This document shows, one piece after another, positions 19,869-30,903 of a stretch of 64,000 nt of DNA. Under the pieces are notes generated by a model. That model had not been told where the DNA came from and ran no database searches. It worked only from the letters and a program-made list of their open reading frames with translations. The first letter of the stretch is position 1. Every line of letters begins with the position of its first letter. The position numbers and the translations under genes are program-made. Origin of the DNA: Candidatus Poribacteria bacterium (lineage in GTDB: Bacteria > Poribacteria > WGA-4E > WGA-3G); contig CBDANF010000002.1 in assembly GCA_965197475.1 (NCBI GenBank), positions 416,001 to 480,000 on the forward strand. Direction: 5' to 3'.

Positions 19869-21287
19869 TTAACTGTCCAAATGGAAGATAGCCATCTTCA
19901 ACTCGGTCATCTCTTCAATAGCGTATTTCGGACCCTCTTTGCCCATACCGCTCTCTTTAACACCACCATACGGCATCAAATCCGCACGCCACTGCGTTCC
20001 CCAGTTTACCATCAGGTTACCAGATTCAACTTCACGGACAAACCGCATTGCCCAATCAATGTTCTGTGTGAAGATAGCAGCACTCAGTCCATAGTTCGTA
20101 TCGTTCGCGAGGGTGATCGCCTCATCAATATCGTTGACACGCGTCACACCGACAGCCGGTCCGAACACTTCATCGCAAGATATTTTCATTTTAGGTTTGA
20201 CGTTGGCGAGGATAGCAGGCGTAACAAACTGATCTTGCTTTTCGCCACCTGTGAGGAGTTCCGCACCGTCTGACACTGCCTCCTTAATCCATTCGGTGAC
20301 ACGGGCTGCATCCCCTTCACGAATCATCGGTCCCATCCGCACACCGGATTCCAACGGATTGCCTATACCGATTTGAGAGACTTCCGCTTGGAACGCATCT
20401 AAGAAATCGCCATAAATTTTTTCATGGGCGATGACGCGTTGCGTTGAGATACAGACCTGTCCTGCGTTAGAGTAACCGGAGGCTGCTGCTGCACGTGCAA
20501 CCTTTTCCGGATCCGCATCGGGCATAACGATGAGCGGAGAATTTGAACCGAGTTCCATCGTTACCCGTTTCAATCCTGCGACCTTACAGATATGTTCGCC
20601 AACATCACGACTGCCGGTAAAGGTAATTTTTCGGACACGACTATCCGCGCAGAGCGTATCTCCTATTTCGCCGCCGGGACCTGTAACACACTGGATCGCT
20701 TCTGGCGGCGTGCCTGCTTCTAAAAAGAGTTCCACCAATTTCAGTGCTGAGAGCGGTGTATCCGTCGCGGGTTTGATAATAATAGCGTTTCCACCAGCAA
20801 TAGCAGGACCGGCTTTGTGGCAGACAAGGTGCAGCGGAAAGTTGAATGGACTAATCCCAACAACAATACCACACGGCACACGCACCGTAAACCCAAGTTT
20901 GTTTTTTACACCAGGCGCGCCTTCAAGTGGGATCGTTTCACCGGTTAACCTTTTTGCTTCTTCTGCAGAGAGCGCGATAATTTCTGATGCGCGTGTTGCC
21001 TCAACGGTCGCCTCAGCTAAAATCTTCCCCTCTTCACGGGTGATAACCTCAGCAAGTTCTCCTGCCCGTTCAAGCATCAAATCCGCAACTTTCCGCAAGA
21101 TTTCGTAACGTTCATAGCCTGTCAATCCCGCCATGATTTTTGCGCCGCGTTCTGCGGTCTGAATAGCGGTTTCAACGTCGTTGGCATCCCCTTTCGGTAC
21201 AGTATCAACAACGGAACCGTCAAAAGGACTCAGTACATCAATTTTGTTAGATTTGTCAATCCATTCTCCACCAACGTGCATTCGCAT
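19869..21287 (-). CDS. Aldehyde dehydrogenase family protein (GapN/lactaldehyde DH-like)
   Basis: PFNFP, KPA, FTGS, MELGSN, NAGQVCIS, EVFGP, PYGGVKESG. Confidence 0.95.
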   Translation of the reverse strand: MRMHVGGEWIDKSNKIDVLSPFDGSVVDTVPKGDANDVETAIQTAERGAKIMAGLTGYERYEILRKVADLMLERAGELAEVITREEGKILAEATVEATRASEIIALSAEEAKRLTGETIPLEGAPGVKNKLGFTVRVPCGIVVGISPFNFPLHLVCHKAGPAIAGGNAIIIKPATDTPLSALKLVELFLEAGTPPEAIQCVTGPGGEIGDTLCADSRVRKITFTGSRDVGEHICKVAGLKRVTMELGSNSPLIVMPDADPEKVARAAAASGYSNAGQVCISTQRVIAHEKIYGDFLDAFQAEVSQIGIGNPLESGVRMGPMIREGDAARVTEWIKEAVSDGAELLTGGEKQDQFVTPAILANVKPKMKISCDEVFGPAVGVTRVNDIDEAITLANDTNYGLSAAIFTQNIDWAMRFVREVESGNLMVNWGTQWRADLMPYGGVKESGMGKEGPKYAIEEMTELKMAIFHLDS

Positions 21288-21338
21288 AATGCGTTTTCTC
21301 CATTTCTGTTTCGGCACACGGCGTGTGCCTGCTAATGT

Positions 21339-22109
21339 TTACTTTTTGGACTTTAGCAAACCCCAAGTAGTGGTCGCTTTTCCAGCTGCCTCAACTGCGG
21401 CATAATCTACTAAGCCAGTATCCATGACATCGTTGACTTGCGCTTTAGAAAGTGCTTTTGTAAAGAAACCTACTTCATCAAAGAGCCCTGTCGCGGCGAT
21501 ATTGCCAGGACGCGCACCTATCCAAATTGGTGATTGACTGGTATCCAGCGTTCCACCACTCGCCTTTTCAACATCCAGTTTTCCATCAATGAACATCTTA
21601 ACACTTTTGCCATCATAAACTTTTACGATATGATGCCACTTACCATCTGCCACGATAGTTTTACCCGGCAGACGAGTCTCCACGCCCTTGACGTGCCACA
21701 TAAACACCGGATAATCAGCATCATGAATCCATATATCAAGATAACATACAAGATTAGGCTCAGGCCAAACCTCTCCATTTCGCCAAACGACATACTGCCA
21801 TGAGGCTGCTTGCAACTTTACCCAGGCGACGAACGTATAAGGATCGGCGTTGAAAACATCGTCATGTTCAATTCGGACGTAACTGTCACCCTTGCCGGGA
21901 AATTGTAATGCCCTGCCGAATTTACCATCATCCACCCATTTCAGAGATCCTTTGACATTGCCATCATGTCCGCTAACTATATCTTTGGCTACATTTCCAT
22001 CATTTTCTTCAAATAACCACGCGCTAACTAAACCGAGTTTCGCTGCCTGAGCAGAAAAAACTGCTCCGATGATAAGTATTGTCAAACACAAAATAGTTTT
22101 TTTCACCAT
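21339..22109 (-). CDS. Secreted LamG-like jellyroll protein with TTWG tail
   Basis: Signal peptide; WLFEE, GKFGRALQF, DGKWHHI, FIDGKL; C-terminal AVEAAGKATTTWGLLK. Confidence 0.85.
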   Translation of the reverse strand: MVKKTILCLTILIIGAVFSAQAAKLGLVSAWLFEENDGNVAKDIVSGHDGNVKGSLKWVDDGKFGRALQFPGKGDSYVRIEHDDVFNADPYTFVAWVKLQAASWQYVVWRNGEVWPEPNLVCYLDIWIHDADYPVFMWHVKGVETRLPGKTIVADGKWHHIVKVYDGKSVKMFIDGKLDVEKASGGTLDTSQSPIWIGARPGNIAATGLFDEVGFFTKALSKAQVNDVMDTGLVDYAAVEAAGKATTTWGLLKSKK

Positions 22110-22184
22110 GTATCTCCTTTTAATTCTACTAAAACGACAGAATAAGCATTTTACGACAAAGAGTAGTCTGTTCTACGTGTTATT

Positions 22185-23009
22185 TTATGAAACGTGCCAA
22201 TTGTGTGTTACCGCTTCCCTGGATGTGGCGTAATCTTCTTCCTTTTTGGTTTTCAGCAACCCCCAAGTTGTTGTTGCTTTTCCAGCAGCTTCAACAGCGG
22301 CATAGTCAGCTAACCCGTTATCCTTGACATCGTTAAGTTCATTTTCAGAAAGTGCCATTGCAAAGAATCCGATTTCGTCTAAGAGGCCTGTCGCTGCGAT
22401 ACCGTTTGGGTTTGCGCCAATCCAAATTGGCGATTCATTGGTGTCCAACGTTCCACCACTCGGCTTTTCACCATCCAGTTTCCCATCAATGAACATCTTG
22501 ACATTATTACCATCATAAACTTTGGCGATGTGGTGCCATTTATCATCAGTAATAATGACTTTACCATCAATTTGACCTTTTTCCTCCCCGGCGTTCCACA
22601 TGAAAACTGGAAACCCATCTTCGTGAACCCATATATCAAGGTGTCGAATCTCTTTCGGTTCGGGCCAAACCTCACCATTCCGCCAGACGATATACTGCCA
22701 GGAAGCGGATTTTAACTTGACCCATGCAACAAATGTGTAGGGATCCGCATTGAAAACATCATCGTGAGGGATATGGACGTAACTATCACTGTTCCCGGAA
22801 AATTTCAAAGCACTACCGAATTTACCGTAAGAAAACCAGCTTAATTTTCCTTTGATATTCCCATCGTTTCCGCTGACGACATCTTTGACCACATTTCCAC
22901 TATTTTCATCAAATAACCATGCACTCACTAAGCCGAACTTCCCTGCGTGGACAGAAAAAACTGCTCCGATGAAAAGAATTGTTAAACTTAAAATACTCGT
23001 TTTTATCAT
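22185..23009 (-). CDS. Secreted LamG-like jellyroll protein with TTWG tail (tandem paralog)
   Basis: Collinear and highly similar to 21339..22109; start moved to MIKTS. Confidence 0.85.
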   Translation of the reverse strand: MIKTSILSLTILFIGAVFSVHAGKFGLVSAWLFDENSGNVVKDVVSGNDGNIKGKLSWFSYGKFGSALKFSGNSDSYVHIPHDDVFNADPYTFVAWVKLKSASWQYIVWRNGEVWPEPKEIRHLDIWVHEDGFPVFMWNAGEEKGQIDGKVIITDDKWHHIAKVYDGNNVKMFIDGKLDGEKPSGGTLDTNESPIWIGANPNGIAATGLLDEIGFFAMALSENELNDVKDNGLADYAAVEAAGKATTTWGLLKTKKEEDYATSREAVTHNWHVS

Positions 23010-23040
23010 ATTTCTATTTCTTAATACTGTATCAGCAGCT

Positions 23041-24046
23041 TCAGACGCGGCAATTGTCAAGCGCGTCTTCATCCAATTCAACACCTAACCCGGGTTTATC
23101 CGGTATAGTCGCATATCCATCAACAAGCGGAATAGTTGAAGGCGTAACAATGTCAAAAGCACGCAAAGCATTTAGAGTAATCCCTGGCATGGTTGCATTC
23201 CGCATCACTGCAGCAAGATGCATGACGTAACAGGTTGTAATGCCGAGACCGACAATCTGTATCCACACGGGGAGATGCGGCGGCATCTGAAATAATCGCT
23301 TCACGTTTAGCGTTTGCAGCACACGAGTCTGGATAAGCGATAATAAATGAATCGTTCATCTTGGCACGAATCGCTTCAACCGGATCCGGATTTCCGAAGT
23401 GAATTGTAATCGGCATGTCTGTGTGCCGCTTAATTTCTTGGTATCCGGCTATATTCGACTGTGGAATCGGCGTTTCAAAGGACTCTATATTGAAATCCTG
23501 AAGTTGTCGGGCAACTTCAAGGGTGCGTTCTGGTGTTTCAAAAGAGTCATTGGCATCTACGCGGAGTTGAAAATCATCTGGCACGACTTCTGTGATTGCC
23601 TCAACTTGTTCACGTACTTCAAACCATGGACGTGCCTTAATTTTATGGAGTCGATAACCGATCGAGTACGCATGTTGTGCTTCTGCAGCCCACTCCTCCG
23701 GTGTCATGTCAATTGACCAATATCCGAATGATGTTTTGTCGTTAACCTTTTCACCTAATAGTTGATGGACAGGGACACCGAGTGCCTTACCCATGATGTC
23801 ATAAAAGGCTTGCTGAAGCGGGGTTGATGCCCAACCGTTCATAAACTCAAACGGGTTTCTACCAATATATCGCTGAACAGCTTCCTCCGATTGGAACGAA
23901 CCATCGCCGATACCGGTAATTCCGGCATCGGTGTGTACTTTGTAAACGTGATCAATCTGATAAAGATTACGGCGCGTCATCAATTCATAAATGCCATCAT
24001 GGTAAGGTACTCTGACCTTAATAACCTCAATTTGCGTAATTTTCAT
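23041..24046 (-). pseudogene. Mandelate racemase/muconate lactonizing (enolase superfamily) enzyme with frameshift near 23278
   Basis: VHTDAGITGIGD, DIMGKALGVPVHQLLG, KIK, LRVDAN, FETP; C-terminus PDKPGLGVELDEDAL is in another frame. Confidence 0.85.
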
Positions 24047-24128
24047 GATTCTGACTCTCCTTATCCAAATAACGATCTTCTGTCTGTCGTTCGTTGATAT
24101 AAAAAATTATTTTTGCGTTTACGGATTA

Positions 24129-24581
24129 CTATTCATCACGTCGAATCCAACTGACGACATCCTCAGCTTCACCTGTCCCACCTTCCACACCATCACTGCC
24201 AAATGAAATAAGGTCGTACCCGTATCGGTCATGCACGCCGGGACGGATGTAAATGTATAGATTTCCCCACGGATCCTCTGTAATTGGGATTTGAATGTAT
24301 GGACCTAACCAGTTTATAGGCAAGGGTGGTTCTTCGGGTTTTTCCCAAAGTGCCTTCAAGCCTTGTTCAGTTGAAGGATAATCTCCGCTGTCTCTGGCAT
24401 ATCTATCAAGAGCGATACCAAGCGTTTCAATGTCCTCCGCAGCGCGTGTTTGTAATGCGCGCCCTGTTTGCCCGAGCAACCGTGGTGCCAAAAGCACTGC
24501 AGCAATAACACCAAGAACGACAACGACTACTAATATCTGGACCAATGTTAATCCTGATTGCTTAGAATCAATTTGTTTCAC
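24129..24581 (-). CDS. gspG: Type II secretion major pseudopilin GspG
   Basis: Class III leader SG/LTLVQILVV; YPSTEQGLKAL, WLGPY, DPWGNLY, DLISFGSDG. Confidence 0.9.
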   Translation of the reverse strand: MKQIDSKQSGLTLVQILVVVVVLGVIAAVLLAPRLLGQTGRALQTRAAEDIETLGIALDRYARDSGDYPSTEQGLKALWEKPEEPPLPINWLGPYIQIPITEDPWGNLYIYIRPGVHDRYGYDLISFGSDGVEGGTGEAEDVVSWIRRDE

Positions 24582-24699
24582 GTATACGTCTCCGCGCTCC
24601 CTATATTGATATAGTGTTGAAAATCTTCAAAAAGTTTATCACATATAACTGATTGTGTCAACTTTTTGTTGAATATGAACGGAAGCATTTTAGTAAAAT

Positions 24700-24954
24700 C
24701 TAAGAGTTCTCTCTTTGAGAATAGGTTTCCCATAATTTCTTTGGATTCTCAACAGAAAGACCGACGTTTCCACATTCGCCACAAACAGTTGCTCTCAACG
24801 CTTCCCTATGAGCACCCTTGAAAATAAGAGCATTAGGGTTACTTTCTATTTCAACTGCTATATCTTGACCAATAGGTGCATCATAACGATCCCGAATCCG
24901 TAAGTTTGGCATGATATTTTCAGAACCGCACCTTGGACATTTCATTGTAGCCAT
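24700..24954 (-). CDS. Small zinc-ribbon protein
   Basis: CPRC...CGECG. Confidence 0.65.
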   Translation of the reverse strand: MATMKCPRCGSENIMPNLRIRDRYDAPIGQDIAVEIESNPNALIFKGAHREALRATVCGECGNVGLSVENPKKLWETYSQRENS

Positions 24955-25002
24955 TTGGTTTGTCTCCTTATCTCAATATTTGATTAACGGCATTCATGAC
25001 AT

Positions 25003-26142
25003 TCAATTGATCGCATTGCTGGATGCGGCCCTTTTCCATCTTTCCAGCGGATGTTCGCGTGGTGTTAACGGCATATACACCCGACCCTTTTGCCGATGCG
25101 ATTCCCATGTTGCATGAATCATTTCAAGGCAATCCCGACCATCTCTGCCGCTTGCAAAAGGTTCTCGGTCTTCTTCAATCGCTTCAATAAGATCACGTAT
25201 CATCAGACGTTGCAAAAACAACCGTCTGGATCCTTTATCACGTTGATTCCCTTTTTCATCAATGTCTTCGTCAGGTAGATCCACCGGTTCCCACGCTTGT
25301 GCGGGGGTTTGATGTTGTCCTCTATGGATAAACATCGTTGTGCCAACGCTCTCTCGGATAGCGATACGTCCTTCTGTTCCGATAATGTCTATTCCGTAAG
25401 CAGTATCATTGGTTTGGGGTTGCGCGAGGAATTGCACATCCGCATGGATACTGTTCTTAAAGCGAAAGGAGACGTGACCACGTTCACCGATCACAAGTCC
25501 AGAATCGCGATCGTTCGGGTGAACCTCTTGTGTATGTTTGATGTCGTCAATGGTTGATTCGCGTCCATCCATCTGCACGAGGTGTGCGTGTGTCCACTCA
25601 ACATCGCCGCCAAAAAGTCGCACCCAATCATAGAGATGTGTTCCCATCTCCATCAGCGAGTTACCTGCCTTGCGTCCACCTTTGTCAGTTGCCTTCATCA
25701 AGACAACATCACCAATTTCGCCTTTCTCAATCAGCGAAAGGACATAACGATTAAAAAGACTGGCGCGTTTGATATGATTAATGGCGAACTTGATGTTGTG
25801 CGTATCACAAACTTCAACCATTTCATCAGCTTGAATGAGGTTGAGCGCAATCGGCTTTTCACAGAAGACGTGGATGCCGCGTTGTGCAGCCGCAATGGTT
25901 GGTGGGTGGTGCATAGGGGCTTGCGTTGGAACAATAACAATATCAGGTTTCTGTTCATCAAGCATCTTCTCATAGTCGTCATAGATGGCATTGACACCGA
26001 ATCTTTCACTCCATGCTTTTGCGCGTTCCGGATTGAGTTCTGCTCCAGCGACGAGTTCACAGTTTATCTCTAACTTTACCGCCTGAGCATGATGACCTCC
26101 CATGCCGCCCAAGCCAATAATCGCAATACGGTAGTTTTTCAT
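25003..26142 (-). CDS. Gfo/Idh/MocA family oxidoreductase
   Basis: IAIIGLGGMG, HVFCEKPIA, GTHLYD. Confidence 0.92.
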   Translation of the reverse strand: MKNYRIAIIGLGGMGGHHAQAVKLEINCELVAGAELNPERAKAWSERFGVNAIYDDYEKMLDEQKPDIVIVPTQAPMHHPPTIAAAQRGIHVFCEKPIALNLIQADEMVEVCDTHNIKFAINHIKRASLFNRYVLSLIEKGEIGDVVLMKATDKGGRKAGNSLMEMGTHLYDWVRLFGGDVEWTHAHLVQMDGRESTIDDIKHTQEVHPNDRDSGLVIGERGHVSFRFKNSIHADVQFLAQPQTNDTAYGIDIIGTEGRIAIRESVGTTMFIHRGQHQTPAQAWEPVDLPDEDIDEKGNQRDKGSRRLFLQRLMIRDLIEAIEEDREPFASGRDGRDCLEMIHATWESHRQKGRVYMPLTPREHPLERWKRAASSNAIN

Positions 26143-26278
26143 GCATGTCTCCGAAGTTGACCAAAAAAATTCGTTGCTTACAACTATCATAGCAACTTCA
26201 AAATGAAAGTGCAATAAAAAACGGTACGGTTATAGCACCGCACCGGATTAAGGTATTGTTGCAAGGTCTTTGTAAGAA

Positions 26279-27361
26279 TTACTGGATTTTCACGTTTGCC
26301 CAAGTCGTTGTCAGCTTATTTGTATCAGGGGTAACATCGTAAACACCTTCGATATCCAAAGCGATCCCAGATACGGATTTCAATCCCGTAAGAATATCTG
26401 TGACATTTGTTCCATCAAGGTTTGCACGTTGGATTTTATGCATTTTTGTCTCCCGATCCCAACTGGCCCAGTAAATTTTTTGGGATTGCGGGTCTAAAAC
26501 GATTTCTTCTGGAGAATTCAATCCTGTGACAAAGTCTTCAACGTTATCTCCATTGAAAGAGGCGCGTTTGATTGTGCCTCTGTTCGGGTTAGACCAGTAT
26601 ATCTGGTGAGTGTGCACGTCCAACGCAAGTCCCACTATGGTAGTAGGCCATCTGATAACGATGTCTTCAATGTCGGTTCCGTCAAGGTTCGCACGTCTGA
26701 TTGTCTTACTCGCAAGTCCAACCCAATACATCTTACCTGCCTTCAGGTCCAATTTAATGTCCCATATACCTGCATCCGCTACTCTTCGGGGAAAGAGGTT
26801 TTCAATATCGGTTCCGTCAAGGTTAGCACGCTGAATATTACGAGGAGATAAGTTTCCCCAGTATATCCTGTTTGTTTCACCATCTACAGCGATACAGCGT
26901 GGCTCGATTTGCAATTCAGGATCTATTTCAACCGGGTGGTCTTGGCCTTTTGGAAACAACTTTACCTTACACACCCCATGAACACATTCTCTAATAGCAC
27001 GACCTCCTTCAGGTGGAAGCGTAAGTCCTGTAATAATGTCTTTGATATTAGAACCATTAAGGTTTGCACGCTGAATTGTAGCTGTGCCAATTGTGGTGCC
27101 CTCTATTTTAGTTGTGCCGGTGTCAATCCAGTACATCTTTCCGTTCCGTAGGTCTAAAGTGATATCCTTTGGTAGAAACAGATTCGGCACTACATCTTCA
27201 ACAGCGGATCCGCCAAAATTAGCTCTTCTGATTTTACCCCATTCCGACCAGTAAATTTTGCCTTTTCCTTGTGCGTAAGTAATACCTTGGACAACATAAA
27301 TCAACAAAACTGTTACCAAAATGAGCATGATCCGTTTTTTCAACGTGAACATATTTTTCAT
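26279..27361 (-). CDS. Secreted LDL-receptor class B (YWTD beta-propeller) repeat protein with TTW tail
   Basis: Repeated KIYW/KMYW..I.RANLDG; ends DVTPDTNKLTTTWANVK. Confidence 0.88.
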   Translation of the reverse strand: MKNMFTLKKRIMLILVTVLLIYVVQGITYAQGKGKIYWSEWGKIRRANFGGSAVEDVVPNLFLPKDITLDLRNGKMYWIDTGTTKIEGTTIGTATIQRANLNGSNIKDIITGLTLPPEGGRAIRECVHGVCKVKLFPKGQDHPVEIDPELQIEPRCIAVDGETNRIYWGNLSPRNIQRANLDGTDIENLFPRRVADAGIWDIKLDLKAGKMYWVGLASKTIRRANLDGTDIEDIVIRWPTTIVGLALDVHTHQIYWSNPNRGTIKRASFNGDNVEDFVTGLNSPEEIVLDPQSQKIYWASWDRETKMHKIQRANLDGTNVTDILTGLKSVSGIALDIEGVYDVTPDTNKLTTTWANVKIQ

Positions 27362-27382
27362 TTCATAAACTCCTTGTCTCTA

Positions 27383-27473
27383 ATACCATATTAACTTGAT
27401 CCTTCTCGGTTGGCGCGCTTTGTCCGCGCGCTGTCTGCCCAGAAAAATAAGACTAATCCCGTTAATTTGGTAT
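27383..27473. mobile_element. Small MITE-like element
   Basis: IRs ATACCATATTAAC / ATACCAAATTAAC with internal GCGCG..CGCGC hairpin. Confidence 0.5.
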
Positions 27474-27536
27474 AAAACCGTCTTGATATAGAACAAGTAT
27501 AAGTACGAACTTATTTTACCATAAGGTTTTTATAAA

Positions 27537-28517
27537 TTACTGGGTTTTCATGTTTGCCCAAGTCGTTGTCAACTTATTTGTATCGGGAGCAACATCGTAA
27601 ACGCCCTCGGTATCCAAAGCAATACCGCCGATGTAATTCAAATCCGTAAGGATATCTGTGACATTAGAACCATCAAGGTTTGCTCGTCGGATTTTATGCT
27701 TCTTTGTTTCCTTATTCTTTTCTACCCAGTACATCTTGAGAAAACGCATGTCTAAAACGATATCGTCTGGTCTGTTCAATTCGGTTAGGAGGGTTTCAAC
27801 ATTGTCACCATTAAGAAAGGACCGTTCAATTCTGCCAAGGAATATATCAGTCCAATATATGTGGCGATTGCGTAGGTCAAGTGCGAGTCCAAATGGAGCA
27901 GGTGTAGTACCGAGTTCTTCATAATTTGATCCGTCAAGGTTTGCGCGTCCGATATTATCATTAAAAGAATCTGCCCAATACATCTTCCTTGTTTTCAGGT
28001 CAAGTTCAAGACTCTCAGCATCAACTATTCGTCCAAATACACCGTCTAAAGGTTTAATCATTATCTCTTCAATATCAGATCCGTCATTATCTGCACGCGA
28101 AATTCCCCATGGACCCCTCCAATTACCCCAATATATCTTACTTGCATTTGTGTCTAAGGTGATGGTGCCTGGAGTAGGCAATCGCTTACCTGGCACCGCA
28201 ATCGGTGCTCCACGATTGATGATTGCTTCAATATCCGAACCATCAAGGTTTGCACGGTATACTTTTGAGGGGCCAAAGCTAACCCAGTACATCTTATGGT
28301 CGTGTAGATCCAAAACAATATCCGTCGGCGATTCCAATTCCGTTAGAATGTCTTCTACATTGGACCCATCAAGGTTTGCCCGTCTAATTTTGCCTGATTC
28401 TGTCCAATATATTTTGCCTCTTCCTTGTGCGTAACCTATGCTTTGAATGACAAAAACTAACAAACCCGTAGCTAAAATGAACAGGATCCTCTTTTGTGTA
28501 AAAACTTGAATTTTCAT
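27537..28517 (-). CDS. Secreted YWTD/LDLR-B repeat protein with TTW tail (paralog)
   Basis: IYWTE, IYWTD, RANLDGS repeats; ends DVAPDTNKLTTTWANMK. Confidence 0.88.
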   Translation of the reverse strand: MKIQVFTQKRILFILATGLLVFVIQSIGYAQGRGKIYWTESGKIRRANLDGSNVEDILTELESPTDIVLDLHDHKMYWVSFGPSKVYRANLDGSDIEAIINRGAPIAVPGKRLPTPGTITLDTNASKIYWGNWRGPWGISRADNDGSDIEEIMIKPLDGVFGRIVDAESLELDLKTRKMYWADSFNDNIGRANLDGSNYEELGTTPAPFGLALDLRNRHIYWTDIFLGRIERSFLNGDNVETLLTELNRPDDIVLDMRFLKMYWVEKNKETKKHKIRRANLDGSNVTDILTDLNYIGGIALDTEGVYDVAPDTNKLTTTWANMKTQ

Positions 28518-28563
28518 TTTATAGACTCCTTATATGTCAGAGTTTGAACTACCTCAAACCTTC

Positions 28564-30903
28564 TCATTTCCTGATAAGCATTTTGCGTGTAGCCGAGAAG
28601 TCGCCAGCATTGATTGTATAGAGATAGACACCACTACTAACAGATTCGCCTTCTTCATTGCGTCCATCCCAGTGAACTGCTTGCGATTGTGAGGAATAAT
28701 CCCCTGCCTTCATTATTCCCGGTGATAAAGATCGAACTAACTTACCATTCAAGGTATAGATGCTGATCGTGACATTACTCTTGTCCGCAAGACGGAATGG
28801 AATCCATGTTTCAGGATTGAAAGGGTTAGGAAAGTTTTGTAGCAGTTGGTTCCGTTTTATCTGTCCGAGTGTTACAAACTTCTTCCCTTTAGGTTCAACA
28901 GAGTAGGGCAGCAAAGAGAGTAGGTTTTTTATATCCCAGATCAGGTATTGTTCGGTTGAGTCGTAATCGTACGATATCAGAACAGAACCGTCCTGACTGA
29001 GAGAGATAAATCCTGGAATAGGTAAATGCCTGATAAGTCTGCTTGTCTGCCAGTCCCAGATTTGGAAGTTATCTTCTTGGGACGCAAAGAAATAGCGACC
29101 ATCGGGACTAAATTGTACAGGATAATCTCCATTCAACGTTGATAATAGTTGAGGTGTGTCTGGCAAAAGTTTCCAAATATGGATTCCATTTCTTCCGTTG
29201 CCTGCTAACACTGTTGAACCGTCTGCACTGGTCATAAATGCAGGTGATGATGCAAAGCCTGCTTCCCATGCGTATTGAAAGACGAAAGTGTCTTCCTTGC
29301 GTTTCCACAAAAGAATCCAATATTTATTGTTATTATTATCGATTTTTGTCCATCCCGAAGTTGCAAAATATTCCTCATTTTCACTGAAACCTATCTGATA
29401 GATGTTGGGTATTTCAAGTTTCATTGGTGGGTCGATTCGTTGAATATTTTCAGGAGAATCGACGTTCAAAATAGCTATATCTCCCCAATGACCTTTAACT
29501 GCAAGCCATCTTCCAGAAGAACTGAAGGTAATCTTCTCAGGAAGTCTGAAGTGATGCGGAAATTGTGTTTCAATTTTACCGGTTTGAATGTCACGTAGTT
29601 CAACTAACGGTTCTTTGCCAACTGCGAATTTTTGACTGTCAGGAGAGATTGCAATCGTATTAAATCTATAGTCTTTGGCAGAAATGAGTAGTCGCATCTG
29701 CTGTGAAGCAACATCCCACGTCTTAATAAAATGTGGAGATAGTGAAACTACGGTTTTTCCGTCAGGACTCAACTCAACATCAGTATAAGGCCACTTAGCG
29801 ACAAAATCTGTCCACATCTGGTGTATACGTTTATTTTCAATGTCCCACTGTATTTCCCCATCTGCATATAATAAAAGTGCTTTTTTACCGTCAGGAGAAA
29901 TGGTTATCGTTTGTAACTGTTTAAATTCTGTGTCGAACATATCTATCTGTTGCCCCGAATTGACATCCCACACGCGGACTCTATCATCCCAACCTACCCA
30001 TGGATTAGTGCCGGACTTGCTCAGACCATATGTCCTTGATGCAACATACAGTCGTTGGCTGTCCGGACTGAATGTCACCTGTGAGACTTTTCCGATAGCA
30101 CTTTTCGCCTTCCATAGTAGTTGTCGTGTCTCTATATCCCACAGATATATGGAAGCTAGTTCGCTGTCGTAGGACGCGATGTATTCTCCATCTGGACTGA
30201 TGACCACACCGTTAACCCAGTTTCCAGTGTGTCCTTCAAGGTGTCCTTCTAACTGCCGTGTCTCAACATTCCACAATTCAATATCTGGTCGCATTGAGCC
30301 GACGATGAGATAGCGACCGTCCGGACTAAAGACCGACGCAAAATCTCGGATAGGACTCCGACAAGTCCTCCTAAAACCGTTGACGTAGTAACATGTGTCC
30401 GAGGGGCGACGATCTCCTATCATCGTTCCGATGAACTCGCTAGTTTGCCAATTCCATATATAAATCTCATCATCCAAAGAGGTGGCAAGCAAGGGCTGTG
30501 TTGGACTGAATGCTACGACATCAATATTGCCTTCAATTTCCCAATCAGCTATCTGTTCTTGGATGTTAACATCCCAAATTTCTACGTTAGTGTTCCGTGT
30601 TTCATAAACATAATTCAGAATTGCCAGGTGTGAGGCGTTAGGACTAAACACAACATCGCTGTTATAGTTTAGCTTGCCAAATTCATCTACAACCGCCCCC
30701 GTATCGGCATCAACGATCTGAATATGTGTCGGAACAACGCGTACGATCGTTTCATCGTTAAGAAACGCATGCTTTTCTGGTGTCGGTTGTCCAATCGTTG
30801 CAATAGGTTCAATTGCAAACGCAATGTGGGAAATGCATATAATGCAAATCAGTGTGATATGAATCCGTAAGTTTCGTCTTAAATAGGTCGTAAAAGTTGT
30901 CAT
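28564..30903 (-). CDS. Secreted WD40-repeat protein with C-terminal FlgD-Ig/T9SS-CTD-like domain (copy 1, intact)
   Basis: FSPDG/WD repeats; LLQNFPNPFNPETWIP..WDGRN..SGVYLY..TRKMLIRK. Confidence 0.9.
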   Translation of the reverse strand: MTTFTTYLRRNLRIHITLICIICISHIAFAIEPIATIGQPTPEKHAFLNDETIVRVVPTHIQIVDADTGAVVDEFGKLNYNSDVVFSPNASHLAILNYVYETRNTNVEIWDVNIQEQIADWEIEGNIDVVAFSPTQPLLATSLDDEIYIWNWQTSEFIGTMIGDRRPSDTCYYVNGFRRTCRSPIRDFASVFSPDGRYLIVGSMRPDIELWNVETRQLEGHLEGHTGNWVNGVVISPDGEYIASYDSELASIYLWDIETRQLLWKAKSAIGKVSQVTFSPDSQRLYVASRTYGLSKSGTNPWVGWDDRVRVWDVNSGQQIDMFDTEFKQLQTITISPDGKKALLLYADGEIQWDIENKRIHQMWTDFVAKWPYTDVELSPDGKTVVSLSPHFIKTWDVASQQMRLLISAKDYRFNTIAISPDSQKFAVGKEPLVELRDIQTGKIETQFPHHFRLPEKITFSSSGRWLAVKGHWGDIAILNVDSPENIQRIDPPMKLEIPNIYQIGFSENEEYFATSGWTKIDNNNNKYWILLWKRKEDTFVFQYAWEAGFASSPAFMTSADGSTVLAGNGRNGIHIWKLLPDTPQLLSTLNGDYPVQFSPDGRYFFASQEDNFQIWDWQTSRLIRHLPIPGFISLSQDGSVLISYDYDSTEQYLIWDIKNLLSLLPYSVEPKGKKFVTLGQIKRNQLLQNFPNPFNPETWIPFRLADKSNVTISIYTLNGKLVRSLSPGIMKAGDYSSQSQAVHWDGRNEEGESVSSGVYLYTINAGDFSATRKMLIRK

